The notes below the pieces were generated by a model that saw nothing but the letters and a program-made list of their open reading frames with translations, ran no database searches and was not told where the DNA came from. DNA of 36,049 nt from Octopus sinensis (lineage: Eukaryota). The translations under genes were made by a program, and so were the position numbers. Shown here piece by piece: positions 1-12,000 of the stretch (positions within the stretch are counted from its first letter, which is position 1; the number at the start of each line of letters is the position of its first letter). Where the stretch lies: the NCBI RefSeq assembly GCF_006345805.1, contig NW_021826239.1, forward strand, positions 1 through 36,049. The letters are read 5' to 3'.

Positions 1-120
1 TCTACCCATAAGGTTTAGTTGGTACAAGGCTGTAGCATAAGACACTTGTTCTGCAGTAGGACTAAATCCAGAACCATGTGTTTGGGAAGCAAACTTCTTA
101 ACCACACAGCCGTGCCTGCA
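1..120 (-). mobile_element. tRNA-derived SINE family A, 5' part
   Basis: Reverse complement of gcaggcacggctgtgtggttaagaagtttgcttcccaaacacatggttctggatttagtccc (A/B box-like head). Confidence 0.8.
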
Positions 121-267
121 TACGTACATGCACTCACTCACACACACACACACACACACACACACAGATTCCACATAGTTTCCACTCATATCCATTTACA
201 AGGCACTGAAGCTGTTTAAAATAATAATTAAAAGAAAACAGTAAATGTTTATAATAAGGACACTTAC

Positions 268-395
268 CAATACCAAGGAATATCCATTTCTTCAACATTT
301 TCTTGTTTTAAGTTTTGTTGATGAACACCTTCACGTACCCACTTTTGGATACACTGAATGTGAAATATGCAGTAACATCCTTGACAGCACCAAAT
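268..395 (-). CDS. NFXL1: NFXL1 coding exon 4 (C4HC3 RING-like finger); gene continues beyond position 1
   Basis: Acceptor ctttatag| and donor TG|gtaagt; 128 nt, phase 0 to 2. Encodes IWCCQGCYCIFHIQCIQKWVREGVHQQNLKQENVEEMDIPWY(C), compared with recalled human [22 protein letters not shown]...PWPCPKC. Confidence 0.93.
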
Positions 396-995
396 CTATA
401 AAGGAAAGGCAATAGAACAATTGTGCAATGTAATATTGTGAATATAAGAGATTTAGGAAAATTAAGAAATCATCCTACTTCAAAATTATTGAGTGATAAT
501 TTTAATGATAAAGTGAAATAATGACAACTATATATTTTTTCTGGTTGAGAATACAGGAGTACTACCAAAATGAGAAAGCAGTCAGTTGCAGGGTTTACTG
601 AGTGACTGAAATACTGTGAAATGAAGTACTATGCTTAAAGCTTGAGAACTGAACCTGTAACCTAATGATTGTGAATTCAACTTCCAAAACAATATGCTAT
701 GCATCTTTATACAGATTAATGTAAGGAAGGAAAAGAAAAAAAAGCAAACGAGGGAGCCTGTAGGTGGTCACCCGAGTTGCTAGAAATAACAGCTAAATCT
801 TTCAGATTAGTTCTTTTCCTCTTAGATATGGAAAGGATACATTAGGATGGAATGTCTTTGATTATAGGTTTGCTTAACAGTGTTGGCCCAAGACTATATT
901 ACTACTGTAACAACACTCATTGTGAGAGAATTTGCAGATATCATTAACAAATAAAAAATACCAATAAACCAAAAAAAAAAAAAAAAAAAACTTAC

Positions 996-1108
996 AGCAT
1001 CTGTCTTCTTAATAGATTCAATACAAACAAGACATGCTGAGGTGTTGGATCGAAATGAATGAAGTAAGTCTTCTTGTGCTTTAGTAACTTTATTTACTTC
1101 ACCAGAAC
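996..1108 (-). CDS. NFXL1: NFXL1 coding exon 3 (start of RING/PHD-like finger)
   Basis: Acceptor tattatag| and donor |gtaag; 113 nt, phase 1 to 0. Encodes (G)SGEVNKVTKAQEDLLHSFRSNTSACLVCIESIKKTDA, compared with recalled human NFXL1 TCLICIASVKRNQA. Too short for the ORF track. Confidence 0.92.
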
Positions 1109-2021
1109 CTATAATATCAAAAACAAACTTACAGAAATTTTTTGAGACGACGACGATGATTCATACATACACATTTACACACATACACACACAATGTAAT
1201 GTACATAAATACACACAAATACAATGTAAAATAATTAAATCTTAATAGCCTGAGTTAGTTGTTACTTTCATACTTTGTTGACTACATTAGATAAAACAAT
1301 CTATAATGAGAGCATATAAGGTATAATGATTTGAAAATATTCATGAATTCTTTATTTGTTTCACTCTAAAAGACAATGAATACCCATTCTTCGATAACTA
1401 ACACCCCTGACCTCAAGCTAGATATACTATGGTGTGTTTTCTTGTTTCATTGATCCATGACAAATAAAGAAATCAGTTTTTCCTAGATGAGAATTGAAAT
1501 TTATACAGAATTTATACACTCTATTGTACTAGCGTTATAATTCTTGGTCATCACCATTATTTGGTCGGAAGACAGCAAAAATGATAGATAGCTAACCTAG
1601 AAATACTTCATATTAGATTAATTAGTTCAGTGTTTCACTGTTCCCCATAAGCAACAAGAATATATGAATGAAGTGATCAATACATATTCCCCATCTTGCT
1701 CTCCTCTACTAAAAAAAAAATCAGCTATGCAAAGTAAACTGTTATTTTAGTCAATATGTACACACACACACACACACACACATCATAACCATTACTATCA
1801 GTTTGATTCTCATTTGGAACTTTTTCTTTTCTCCTTACAAATAAACATCAAAATTTTCTATTTCCCATTTTGTATATATCCTAATGCATTATCTTTATGT
1901 AAAAAAAAAGGTTAAAAACTACTACTACTACTACCATCACTACTTCATATTGGTAATCAAATAACAAACAATTCATAAAACTGTGAAAGAGACTATTTTC
2001 AATTTAAAAAGATTATTTTAC

Positions 2022-2210
2022 CATATGTTCCAGAATATCCTTTAAAAACAGTGTCTAACACATTATCAGCCAAATCATCTTCAGACGAATCACTTTCCTC
2101 AAAATGCTCAGGAGCTGACTGTAAATGTCTTTGAATTGATTCTTGCATTTGTGAACTAGCTTTTTGAAAGCGTTCTTCAGCACTGTTTTCTAATCCATTT
2201 TTTTCAGTAA
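2022..2210 (-). CDS. NFXL1: NFXL1 coding exon 2
   Basis: Acceptor ttctttttag| and donor G|gtaaaa; 189 nt, phase 1 to 1. Encodes (V)TEKNGLENSAEERFQKASSQMQESIQRHL...EESDSSEDDLADNVLDTVFKGYSGTY, resembling the acidic region of NFXL1. Confidence 0.9.
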
Positions 2211-2560
2211 CTAAAAAGAAAGAAAAACAAAAACAAAATTTGATCAATGAAGCCATTTAATGTTTATTGAAAGTGGAAAATAAATCACTTAAAGAAATAG
2301 CCATCTATTCTAAACAACATACCTAAAGTATCTAGCCTTCTACATCATCTTATGTTGTATTTCAAAGAAAGACCACTCAATACTGCTTGCCCTAGTTGGC
2401 CAAGCTAAGAAATATATATCAGTGTGACATAACAAAGATCTTTAGCTTCATATGCTGTAAGCATGTTTCTTTACCTACAGAGATCAATGCTTTCAATTAC
2501 AAATAAACTATATTTGTAAGATAGAAAAATATTATTTTACACCACTCAATAACTTAAAAG

Positions 2561-2925
2561 AGCACAGGCATGACTGTGTGGTTAAGAAGCTCACTTTGCA
2601 ACCATGTGATTTCAGGTTTAGTCCCACTGCATGGCACCTTGGGTGAGTGTCGTCCATTATAGTGCTGGGCTGACCAATGCTTTGCGAGTGAGTTTGGTAG
2701 ATGGAAACTGTACAGAAGCCCACTATATACATATATAAATGTGTGTGTGTGTGCATCTCTCCTACTGTTGCTTGACAGCCTGTGTTGGTTTGCTGATGTA
2801 TCTGTAACTTAGACAATCAGCAAAAGAGACTGATAGAATAAGTGTCACACTTTAAAATATAAGTACAGGGTAAATTTGCTTGACTAAATTCTTCCAATGA
2901 CTGAATCAAGTAAATCATAAAAGAT
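2561..2925 (+). mobile_element. tRNA-derived SINE family A, near full length
   Basis: Head gcacaggcatgactgtgtggttaagaagc...ggtttagtcccactg, internal (TA)/(TG) run and 3' half gcttgacagcc...gactgatagaataag. Repeated many times in the window. Confidence 0.85.
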
Positions 2926-3017
2926 GAAGACTAGCAAGTCCATTTCAAGACTTTTAAATTAGTGAGAAATACACAGAACACTAATAGTTTAATGATCATT
3001 ATTAAAGCTAAGAATAA

Positions 3018-3238
3018 GGTGGTGTGCTGGCAGAATTGTTAGTACACTGGGCGAAGTGCTTAGCTGTATTTCGTCTGCCACAACATTCTGGGTTCAAATT
3101 CTGCTGAGGTCAACTTTGCCTTTCATCCTTTCAGAGTCAATAAAATAAGTATCAGTGGAGTACTGGGGTCGATGTGATTGACTCATTCTTCTCTCCACAA
3201 AATCCAGGCTTTGTGCCTATAGTAGAAAGGATTATTAT
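3018..3238 (+). mobile_element. tRNA-derived SINE family B
   Basis: ggtggtgtgctggcagaattgttag...gggttcaaattctgctgaggtcaactttgcctttcatcctttc...aataaaataagtatcag...gattatt. A related decayed copy lies at 16835-17080. Confidence 0.8.
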
Positions 3239-4391
3239 AGCCAACAGTATTAAATTTGAAGTTATCAAGCAGTAAGATCTCAAATGTAAATATTGTTCAA
3301 TATAATATTATGAGTAGCAGCTCTAATTTAGCTTCCTTTATAATAATTAACAGCAACTATTTAAAATGAAATATACTATAGATTGCACCAATCACTGAAA
3401 ACCCTTAATCCACTATATCAAATGCTTTAGATAAGTTCAGTTAGAAAAAAACATATAGAGAATCATGGAGGGGTTAGTCAATATCATCATATAATCTGCT
3501 GAAAATTTTCTCATATCTATATCCACTCTTGGAAATTTCAAGTTATTGAATGAAAGGTGACCACTGAAACAATGTAGCACAACTTTCTCATTTAGTGTCA
3601 TCATGATCCATTGTTTCTAACAAAAGTAATTATTCTTGGAAGACTGAAATTTGGAAAAGTTTCCATATATTATTTTTGATCTTTTCAGTTATTGGTAAGG
3701 CCATTCTAGAAACAAATTTTTTCGAAGAATTAAAAAAAAATTTAATTTGAATAGTGAATAGTGAAATATATCTTCTCAAAATGCATGTTAGCATGCAAGG
3801 ATTAGCTACTCAAGATAAAAAAAAGAAATTTTATCAAGGCTTTTTTTCCCCTCCGAGACACATGATTAAATTTTTCTCTTTGTCCTGTTTATTGCACCTC
3901 AACAAACTTGCAATATATGGACTTGTATTAGCTGAGTCTAACATCTTTTATAAATGGACATCCTATTTCATTCTTAAATCATGTCAAAATTCCCAAATTA
4001 TTGATATTAATACAACTATAAAAATAATACCAGCCAAATAATAAAATTTGATTATCATAAAACAACAACAACAATACACTCTCCAAACAAGTTCCAAGCG
4101 ATTTCATACAGAAATGTGTAAATATGTATGTGTCCATATAAGCGTACATGCCTCATAATATAAAATAAAAAAATATATTCACTCTGACTGCTTCACTTCC
4201 AAGAGCCTAAGCTAACAGAACTGCATCCATTCTTATCAACATTTCTAACTAACTATTAACCCATACCTGTTCAAATGAGCAACAGTTTTGTCCAGTCACA
4301 TCTATTTCTCAGTATATGAGGATTTAACAGTAAAAAACACAATCAATAAATTATGAATTTAATTTCTATTTTTATTATTTTTTTTACATAC

Positions 4392-4590
4392 CAGGAGGCT
4401 TTTTATGCCATGGATTAGGAGGAATGTTAGGTGAACAGGCAGCATTTACTTCAGGTTTGCTAGATTCATTGATTTGGTTAAATCTTTTGCCTCGGCTCCC
4501 TCCATTTTCTTGTATATTTGCAGGTGGATTACTTGAAGCTCGCCCTCTCCCTCGACCATGTCCTTTCAAGAAAGCTGGCTTTTTATCCAT
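4392..4590 (-). CDS. NFXL1: NFXL1 (NF-X1-type zinc finger protein) first coding exon
   Basis: ATG at 4590 lies 10 nt after an acceptor (ctttctttag|, exon starts at 4600). Encodes MDKKPAFLKGHGRGRGRASS...KKPP with the RG-rich N-terminus typical of NFXL1. Donor G|gtatgt at 4392/4391, phase 1, matches the next exon. Confidence 0.85.
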
Positions 4591-4880
4591 AATGGATTAT
4601 CTAAAGAAAGAAATTAGGATCATTAAAGTCAAAGTAGATTATTTATACTCTTTAAACAAGATAATCAAAGGAACTTATTGAAATATTATCAACTAAAGGA
4701 AAGCTTACCTGATTTAACGTAATCCAAAAATATTTCTAGTAAAAAAGGGACTTCCTTTTCTCCATATAAACTTTTATATTCTCTTTGGATATTTTCTACT
4801 TCAGAAATTATACTAAAAACAAAATTAGAAATAAATAAAAATAAACATGTAAATATGAAATATAGCTATATGTAGCACCA

Positions 4881-6081
4881 ATTAAATTGTCAAGTTGTCA
4901 AGTATGAAATTTGTAGTAAGGTATATGGTAAACTTCGACAGCTGCTCATTTTGTGTCATTATTATATTTTGAAAATCTTTATAAAGCTTATATAAATCGT
5001 TTTTTCTATTTTTGTTTAGAGATGGATAAGTCAGAAATTCATCGTTTTGAATAGGAGTTCTTTCTTGGAAATACAACATCACAGGTAGCTCAGAATATTA
5101 ATAGAGTATTTCATTCTAATGTTATTACACAGCAGAGAGTATCAAATTGGTTCGCAAACTTTCATTCTGGTAACTTTGACCTCACAAATGAGCAACGTGG
5201 TTGACCAGAAACAAAGGTAGATAATGACGAACTGAAAGCCACTGTTGAGTCAGATCCATTTCAATGTGCCTGTGAATTATTGTTGTTGTTTGGTGTTGAC
5301 AAACAAACAATATTGACTCACCTAGTTCAAATCAGTAAAGTGAAAAAGTTGGATAAGTAGGTTCCACATGAACTCAATGAAAATCAGAAACAGCAACATT
5401 TGGAAGCTTGCATTATGCTACTTTCTCATCACAAAAATGAATAATTTTTGAATCAAATTGTAACATGTGATGAGAAATGGATCCAATACAACAACCATAA
5501 ATGTTCAGCACAATGGTTGGACAAAGATGAGCCACAACAACAGTCCAGAAAGCAAAATTCACCAAAAGAAGCTGATGGTACATGTTTGGTGGTCTGGTGC
5601 AGGTGTGATCCATTATGATTTCATTAAACCTGGCACATCAATCACAGCCAAAGTACACTGCAGCCAACTGGACCAAATGATGTAGAAACTTACAAAGAAA
5701 CAGCCTAGATTAAGCAACAGATTCACCCCTATTTTACAACACCAGACCACACATTGTGAAAATGACATTAGCGAAACTACAGGAGTTGGAGTTGGAAGTT
5801 CTCTATCATCCATCATACTCACCTGATCTTGCCTCCACTGACTACTACTTCTTCCAGGATTTGGATAACTTTTTGATAGGAAAAAAATTTAATTCTAAGA
5901 TTTTATTGCCTCTAGATTGCCAGGCTTTTACAGTTCTGGGCTGGACAAGCTACCGCTGAAATGGCAAAAGTGTATTGACAATATGGGTGCATACTTTGAT
6001 GACTAAAACTATTCCTTGTATTTATAAAACATTAGTAAACTTTTTTTCTTTTCTACAAATTTCATACTTGATGACCTAATA
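4881..6081 (+). mobile_element. Mariner (Tc1/mariner, DD34D-type) transposon relic with decayed transposase
   Basis: 19-bp perfect TIR core tcaagtatgaaatttgtag at 4898-4916 and inverted at 6053-6071. About 1.2 kb long. Motifs (W>*)VPHEL, TCDEKW, VHVWW and HPSYSPDLASTDYYFF are spread across frames, with stops and frameshifts. Confidence 0.93.
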
Positions 6082-6539
6082 ATAATCTCCACTGAAGTTG
6101 CTTGAAGAAAATAAATTTAAAACTAGAATTTTCAAATGGTGTTAGATATTTTTAAAGACAATTTTGAAATCAATATAGGTTCTTTTTTTACTAAGTGCAA
6201 TGGCAAAATTAGTAGAAGAGAAAAACATAGATGTGTGAACGAAACCCAGTACTTTGTCACTACTTTTTTAGACCTAGGATGATGATGTGATGAAGTAAAG
6301 TAAAATTATCATCATCGTTTTTACATCCAGTTTTCTATGCTGGCATGAGTTAGAAGAAAGTTATTGAGACAAATTTTCAACAGCTGATACTCTTTCTGTC
6401 ACCAACCTCCATTTATTTTTGAGTATTTTTCATCCCATTGCTCCCCACTTCTGTGGAGCTACAAGACATTTGTTTACTAAAGAATCTAAACAATGTCACT
6501 TATTTTATTGTTCAGAGGTTGTGTGTAACAACACACACA

Positions 6540-6700
6540 ACAGCTTTCTGTACAGTTTCTGCCTACTAGTTTCACCCACAAAGCATATATCAGTGTAAGG
6601 TAATACCTGAAGACATGCCCAAGATGTCACAAAGAGGGACTAAGCTCAAAACCATGTTGCTGCAAAATGAATTTCATAACCACTCAACTATGTCTGCATC
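6540..6700 (-). mobile_element. Decayed SINE family A
   Basis: Reverse-complement similarity to 2561-2725. Confidence 0.65.
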
Positions 6701-7031
6701 AATATATCAAAGTGAATATTCTATGATATGATCTATCTCATTACAAGTCTCCCAAGAATTATCGATGTCTCATCTCGACTATCAAGCTTGCAAGATTTAA
6801 ATACAAAATTGAAAAAATAAATAAATATGATTCATTGAAATGCGTTATCTCAGTACCCCAGCACTTATTAAGGATGTGTTCAAAGAATATAAATTTAAAA
6901 AAAACTGTAATTCAAAGATTAAAAGGTTTGAAGCATGGTGTTTCATTGATAAATATCTATGTAGATTTATCTTTGCATTCTTTTATAATTCAGATTAAAT
7001 GTTAATCTTTCAATGATTAATAAATCTAAAA

Positions 7032-9425
7032 GACCAAAGACTGGAGGTGTTTCGTGTTGCAAGACAGTGTGTGAGAGAGAATTGTGATGTGGTAGGAGAG
7101 AAATGTGTTCGCATGGAAGATGGTTCACTTGCGCTAAATGAGGATGCAAAGAGAGAGGTTTGGAGACGCCACTATGAAAGGTTGCTGAATAAAGAAAATG
7201 AATGGGATAAAGAGAGTCTGCTGAATGTCGACCCAACAGAGGGACCAGCTATCCGAGTTGACAGTTCCTTGGTAGTTAAGGCGATTAGAAGCATGAAGAC
7301 AGAGAAAGCACCAGGCCCATCAGGAATCACTGCAGAGATGCTCAAAATATCTGGTAGTGTCGCCTATAGCCTAGTCACCCGTATAGTTAATCAGGTGATA
7401 CACGAAGGAGTCATACCCAATGACTGGTGTAGCAGCATAATAGTCAACTGCTACAAAGGTAAAGGTGATGCCCTAGATACAAATAATTACAGAGGTATCA
7501 AGCTGTTGGATCAGGTAATGAAGGTTACGGAGAGGGTCATAGCCCAACTAATTAGAGAGAGAGTTAGTTTAGATGAGATGCAGTTTGGGTTTGTGCCAGG
7601 GAAAAGTACCACTGATGCTATATTCCTGGTAAGGCAGCTGCAGAAGAAATACCTAGCCAAAGATAAGCCCCTGTACCTGGCTTTTGTTGACATGGAGAAA
7701 GCCTTTGACAGGGCCCCCTGATCCCTTATCTGGTGGTCAATGGGGAAACTAGGGATAGATGAATGGTTAGTGAGAGCTGTGCGAGCCATGTACAGGGACG
7801 CTGCTAGTAAGGTGAGGGTTGGCAACGAGTACAGTGAAGAATTCCGGGTAGAGGTAGGGGTCCACCAAGGCTCAGTCCTCAGCCCCCCTATTTATCATAG
7901 TCCTCCAGGCAATAACAGAGGAATTCAAGACAGGATGCCCCTGGGAGCTCCTCTATGCTGATGACCTTGCTCTAATTGCTGAGTCACTATCAGAACTGGA
8001 GGAGAAGTTTCAGGTGTGGAAGCAAGGATTAGAATCGAAGGGCCTTAGAGTCAATCTAGCTAAAACCAAAGTCCTAATAAGTAGGAAGGTAGACAAATCA
8101 CAAACGCCTTCAGGTAGATGGCCCTGCTCGATCTGTAGAAAAGGTGTAGGTAGAAACTCTATAAGATGCACCAAGTGTAAGCTATGGACACATAAGAGGT
8201 GCAGCAATGTCAAAGGAAGGCTAACTAGGAAGATAGTTTTTGTATGTGGCAGATGCTCAGGAGCAATAAACACTGAAAATGCTCTGAGACCAACTTCTGC
8301 CACATTCCAGGGAGAAAAAACTAGAAATAGTTGATAGCTTCCGTTACCTAGGTGACCAAGTCAGTAGCAGGGGTGGGTGTGCTGAAAGTGTAACTGCTAG
8401 AGTAAGAATAGCTTGGGCAAAGTTCAGAGAGCTCTTACCTCTGCTGGTGACAAAAGGCCTCTCGCTCAGAGTAAAAGGCAGACTGTATGACGCGTGTGTA
8501 CGAACAGCCATGCTACATGGCAGTGAAACATGGGCCGTGACTGCTGAGGATATGCGTAAGCTCGCAAGAAATGAAGCCAGTATGCTCCGATGGATGTGTA
8601 ATGTCAGTGTTCATACTCGACAGAGTGTAAGTACCTTGAGAGAAAAGTTGGACCTAAGAAGCATCAGTTGTGGTGTGCAAGAGAGACGTTTGCGCTGGTA
8701 TGGTCATGTGGCGAGAATGGATGAAGATAGTTGTGTGAAAAAGTGCCACACCCTAGCAGTTGAGGGAACCTGTGGAAGAGGTAGACCCAGGAAAACCTGG
8801 GACGAGGTGGTGAAGCACGACCTTCGAACTTTAGGTCTCACTGAGAAAATGACTAGAGACCGAGACCTTTGGAAGTATGCCGTACGTGAGAAGACCCGGC
8901 AGGACAAATGAGACCATAACCCGTGGCCTCTACACGGGATGTAGCCAGTCCACTTATGCATACCGTTCCTTCTTGGGACACAAAACTCTACTTGTGAAGA
9001 CCTGTTGAGGCAAGTGAGAATCGAAATCGATCAACATCAATGGAAATTGCAGCTGTGATACCAGTGCCAGTGGCACGTAAGAGAACCATCCGAACGTGGC
9101 CGTTGCCAGCGCCGCCCCGACTGGCCTCGTGCTGGTGGCACGTAAAAAGCACCATCTGTCTGTGGCCGTTGCCAGCCTCACTGGCCCCCATGCCGGTGGC
9201 ACGTAAAAGCACCATCCGATCGTGGCCGTTTGCCAGACTCGTCTGGCATGTAAAAAGCACCCACTACACTCACGGAGTGGTTGGCGTTAGGAAGGGCATC
9301 CAGCCGTAGAAACATTGCCAGATCAGACTGGGCCTGGTGCAGCCTTCTGGCTTCCCAGACCCCAGTTGAACTGTCCAACCCATGCTAGCATGGAAAGCGG
9401 ACACTAAACGATGATGATGATGATG
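7032..9425 (+). mobile_element. RTE-clade LINE, 5'-truncated, with RT ORF2 disrupted by a few lesions, 3'UTR and (GAT)n tail
   Basis: RT motifs KAPGPSG, NYRGIKLL, QFGF, FVDMEKAFDR, GVHQGSVLSP, LYADD and RRLRWYGHV...GRPRKTW. Stop at 7719-7721; frameshifts near 7885 and 8320. ORF ends at 8911. 3'UTR has internal tandem repeats and a gatgatgat tail. Possible aaaaga target-site duplication. Lies antisense to NFXL1, probably in its first intron. Confidence 0.95.
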
Positions 9426-11918
9426 AAAAGAGCTATCTTCCACACACATGTATAATGGTTTCAGCAAGACAATTGAATTCCATACATAACTTCATCCTTC
9501 TAGAATTAAGAAGCAACAACAGGTTATCAAAATTATTATTATTATTAAGGAATTAACTCCATGGAAAGAACAAGAGAATATACAAATTCTGAATACAAAC
9601 TGAAGTTAGAAACTGTAGTGGCGATTCAAAACTAAATCACTAGGTCACCAGTCAGATATCACAAGCAAGCTACAGTAGTATCATATGATCAATCTATTAA
9701 CCAATCTGCATCAAGCCACCACGAGATTCAATCATCCAGAATCTTCTGCTTTTGGTGCCTAAATTCTTTGCAGAGTGTTGAAACCGGCTGACTCTTTCAT
9801 GTCTCAATCTCTTGCAAGGCAGAATGTTGTGGCAGCTGTGCAATATGCCTCCATTTTGCCACATCAATTGTTTCAGATATTTGTGCAGACATGTCCAGGT
9901 TCTTGGACAGATTGAACTAAACATTCACACAATGTCACACAATAAACTTCATTGATCACTGCACATTTTTCCTTCTCCTCTCCCAGTATGTAATTACTGC
10001 TGTTACTATTTGTAAAATACCAACACATTATGAAATATAAAATCTGTTAAATGTCAGGGTCACCAGCCAACACAAGAACAACTACACTACAAGCCACAAC
10101 AAAACAAAGCTACTACAGTGATCAGATCTACCTTGTATAACCCTAATGCAATTACCAACAAAGCCACTGGATAACAAAAATAATAGTTATAGCTGAACAA
10201 CTACATTGAACTTCACACAGCCAAATTCTGCAGAATAGGTTGTGTATTCTCTCAGACCTGAAAGAAACAGTGTATACCTGTTATGTACAGCCTATAAGTC
10301 TTTTAGAAATGTTCTGTCAGTTATCTTTTTATTCTGTAATTCAGGGACTATTCAAACAAAAGTAGTCCTAAATTTGAGATAAATAAGTTCATGATCTTCC
10401 TTGTTCTTTGGGTTATTTTTTTCATCTGTGTCATTTGAAACAAGCCATTTCGATTTTGTCTTCTTAAGACAGTGTTTAATAATAAGGTCTCTCTCCTCTT
10501 AGCCTGGAGAGTTTTTAAACACTGGTGCTTAACCCCAGCTTTTCTTATTAAAGCCAATGAGATAAATCATCAACGGGAGAAGATATTTTAGATATAAATG
10601 GGCACCTGTTTCTAACAACAAATCTAAGTTGAAATAAACTGTTTGTCCTTGGTCAAGAAACACGATGAAAACGGGCAACAGTTAAGTATTCACGACCTTG
10701 TTGCTTCCCTTGTCAAGTTGATATATAAAACAGTGCAAAATGACACTCTATAACAAGACCATAGACATATCTAGTTAGAGAGATTCTACACTAGACATGG
10801 GGCACTTTTCCGTGAAGCGGGTCACGAGATATGGTTCATCATTAGGCGGACCGCATTACTAAAAAAATTCAAGGTAATTTTTAGTCGTGCTACTCAGAAG
10901 TCCAGCGAACAGCAGGCTGCCCGTGACTGATCTACACAATTCACTCAATCTGTCAAAAATTACAGCCAAATCTCCATATCATTTAGATTAAAAAAAAAAA
11001 AAAAAGCGCATAATGTCATTCTGAGTGAACAATGTTTTCTGATACAAACGTGATTTTCTTGTTTGAAAAGTACATTTCTTTGATGACAAGTCTGCTCAAT
11101 CAGGGTTGACTTGCGGCTAAACAACACCCACCATTGAGAAATTCGTTTACATGACACATAGCAGCAGACACTGTTTCAAGTCCACAGGGCAAATGAAAGG
11201 AGTTAAGAGGTTATGACGAGAAAAGTAACCAGGCCCTAGACTTTGAAAAAAAAAACCCCCAAAAAACAAAGAAATGTTTAGGTGTGAGAGAATGAAGAAA
11301 AGCCATATGCTACGACAGGGGATAAATAATGAAGAGACTAAAGGATGGATGTTGTACAGCTGGGTATAAAAATTGAACTAATTGAACAAATATTCTTACG
11401 TCGCAACCACAGGGATTACGGTCATGCTGGAGCAACTGCCATCTGGTTATTTGTTCGGACGATAGGTTATAGTTTATTTTCTACGACTTAAAAGTACGTC
11501 ACATGTTCTAGTTTCAACGTCAGATTAGAGTGAACCTGTAAATGTGTGCGCGCGCGTGTGTTTGAGAGGATTTCTTTTTTTAAGTACGTGTAAACGAAAT
11601 GAAATTTTATTTACAATTTAAGAAACTATACCAGTATTTTGCATTTAAATAAAACATCAGAAAAACGTTGAAAACATGATTAGAACTTAACCATATTGTT
11701 TAATAAACAGGTGGGGGTGAGTTTCCAAATTACGATAAAATGTAATCGACAATATTGAAATTAACTAGATTAGTTAGATTATAAATGAATATCACAACTT
11801 TTAAAAAATATATATAACACTAAAAGAAATACAAACAGACCCATGTCCGTCAGGTAGAGAACATCTATTACAACCTCAAGTGCAAGAGATGTTCACAGAG
11901 TGGAAGAAATTATTTTAC

Positions 11919-12000
11919 CGTTAAGAAGTGGACAAGTCCAACGTATCGGGAGAATCCTTCGCGAAAGAGAAAGAGAGAAATAAAAGTTTACTGAAAAGCA
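11919..12000 (-). promoter_or_regulatory. Candidate non-coding first exon / TSS region of NFXL1
   Basis: The acceptor at 4601-4602 implies an upstream exon. Here there is a donor-like ACG|GTAAAA at 11919/11918, a TTCGCGAA palindrome at 11958-11965, a pyrimidine-rich run on the minus strand and visibly more CpG. Inference only. Confidence 0.4.

Noticed and set aside
1999-2256. ORF-track protein MASLIKFCFC... as a standalone gene
   Set aside because: Only 2022-2210 is exon; the hydrophobic start is the intron polypyrimidine tract.
2561-2640. tRNA-like sequences (also near 3018 and 20026)
   Set aside because: These are SINE heads with A/B-box-like motifs; there is no intact cloverleaf and they continue into SINE bodies.
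7958-7966. Other CTGANGA matches (7958, 8545, 13846, 18629, 23726, 26008, 32512 and within the NFXL1 exon)
   Set aside because: No properly spaced stem II, GAAA and stem I; several simply encode YADD or other protein sequence.
9060-9262. Regularly spaced repeats resembling a CRISPR array
   Set aside because: The spacers are themselves similar, the array lies in a eukaryotic LINE 3'UTR, and there are no cas genes.
9697-11215. Cys-containing short ORFs and a possible piggyBac-like relic
   Set aside because: No convincing transposase motif or matching terminal repeats could be established by eye.
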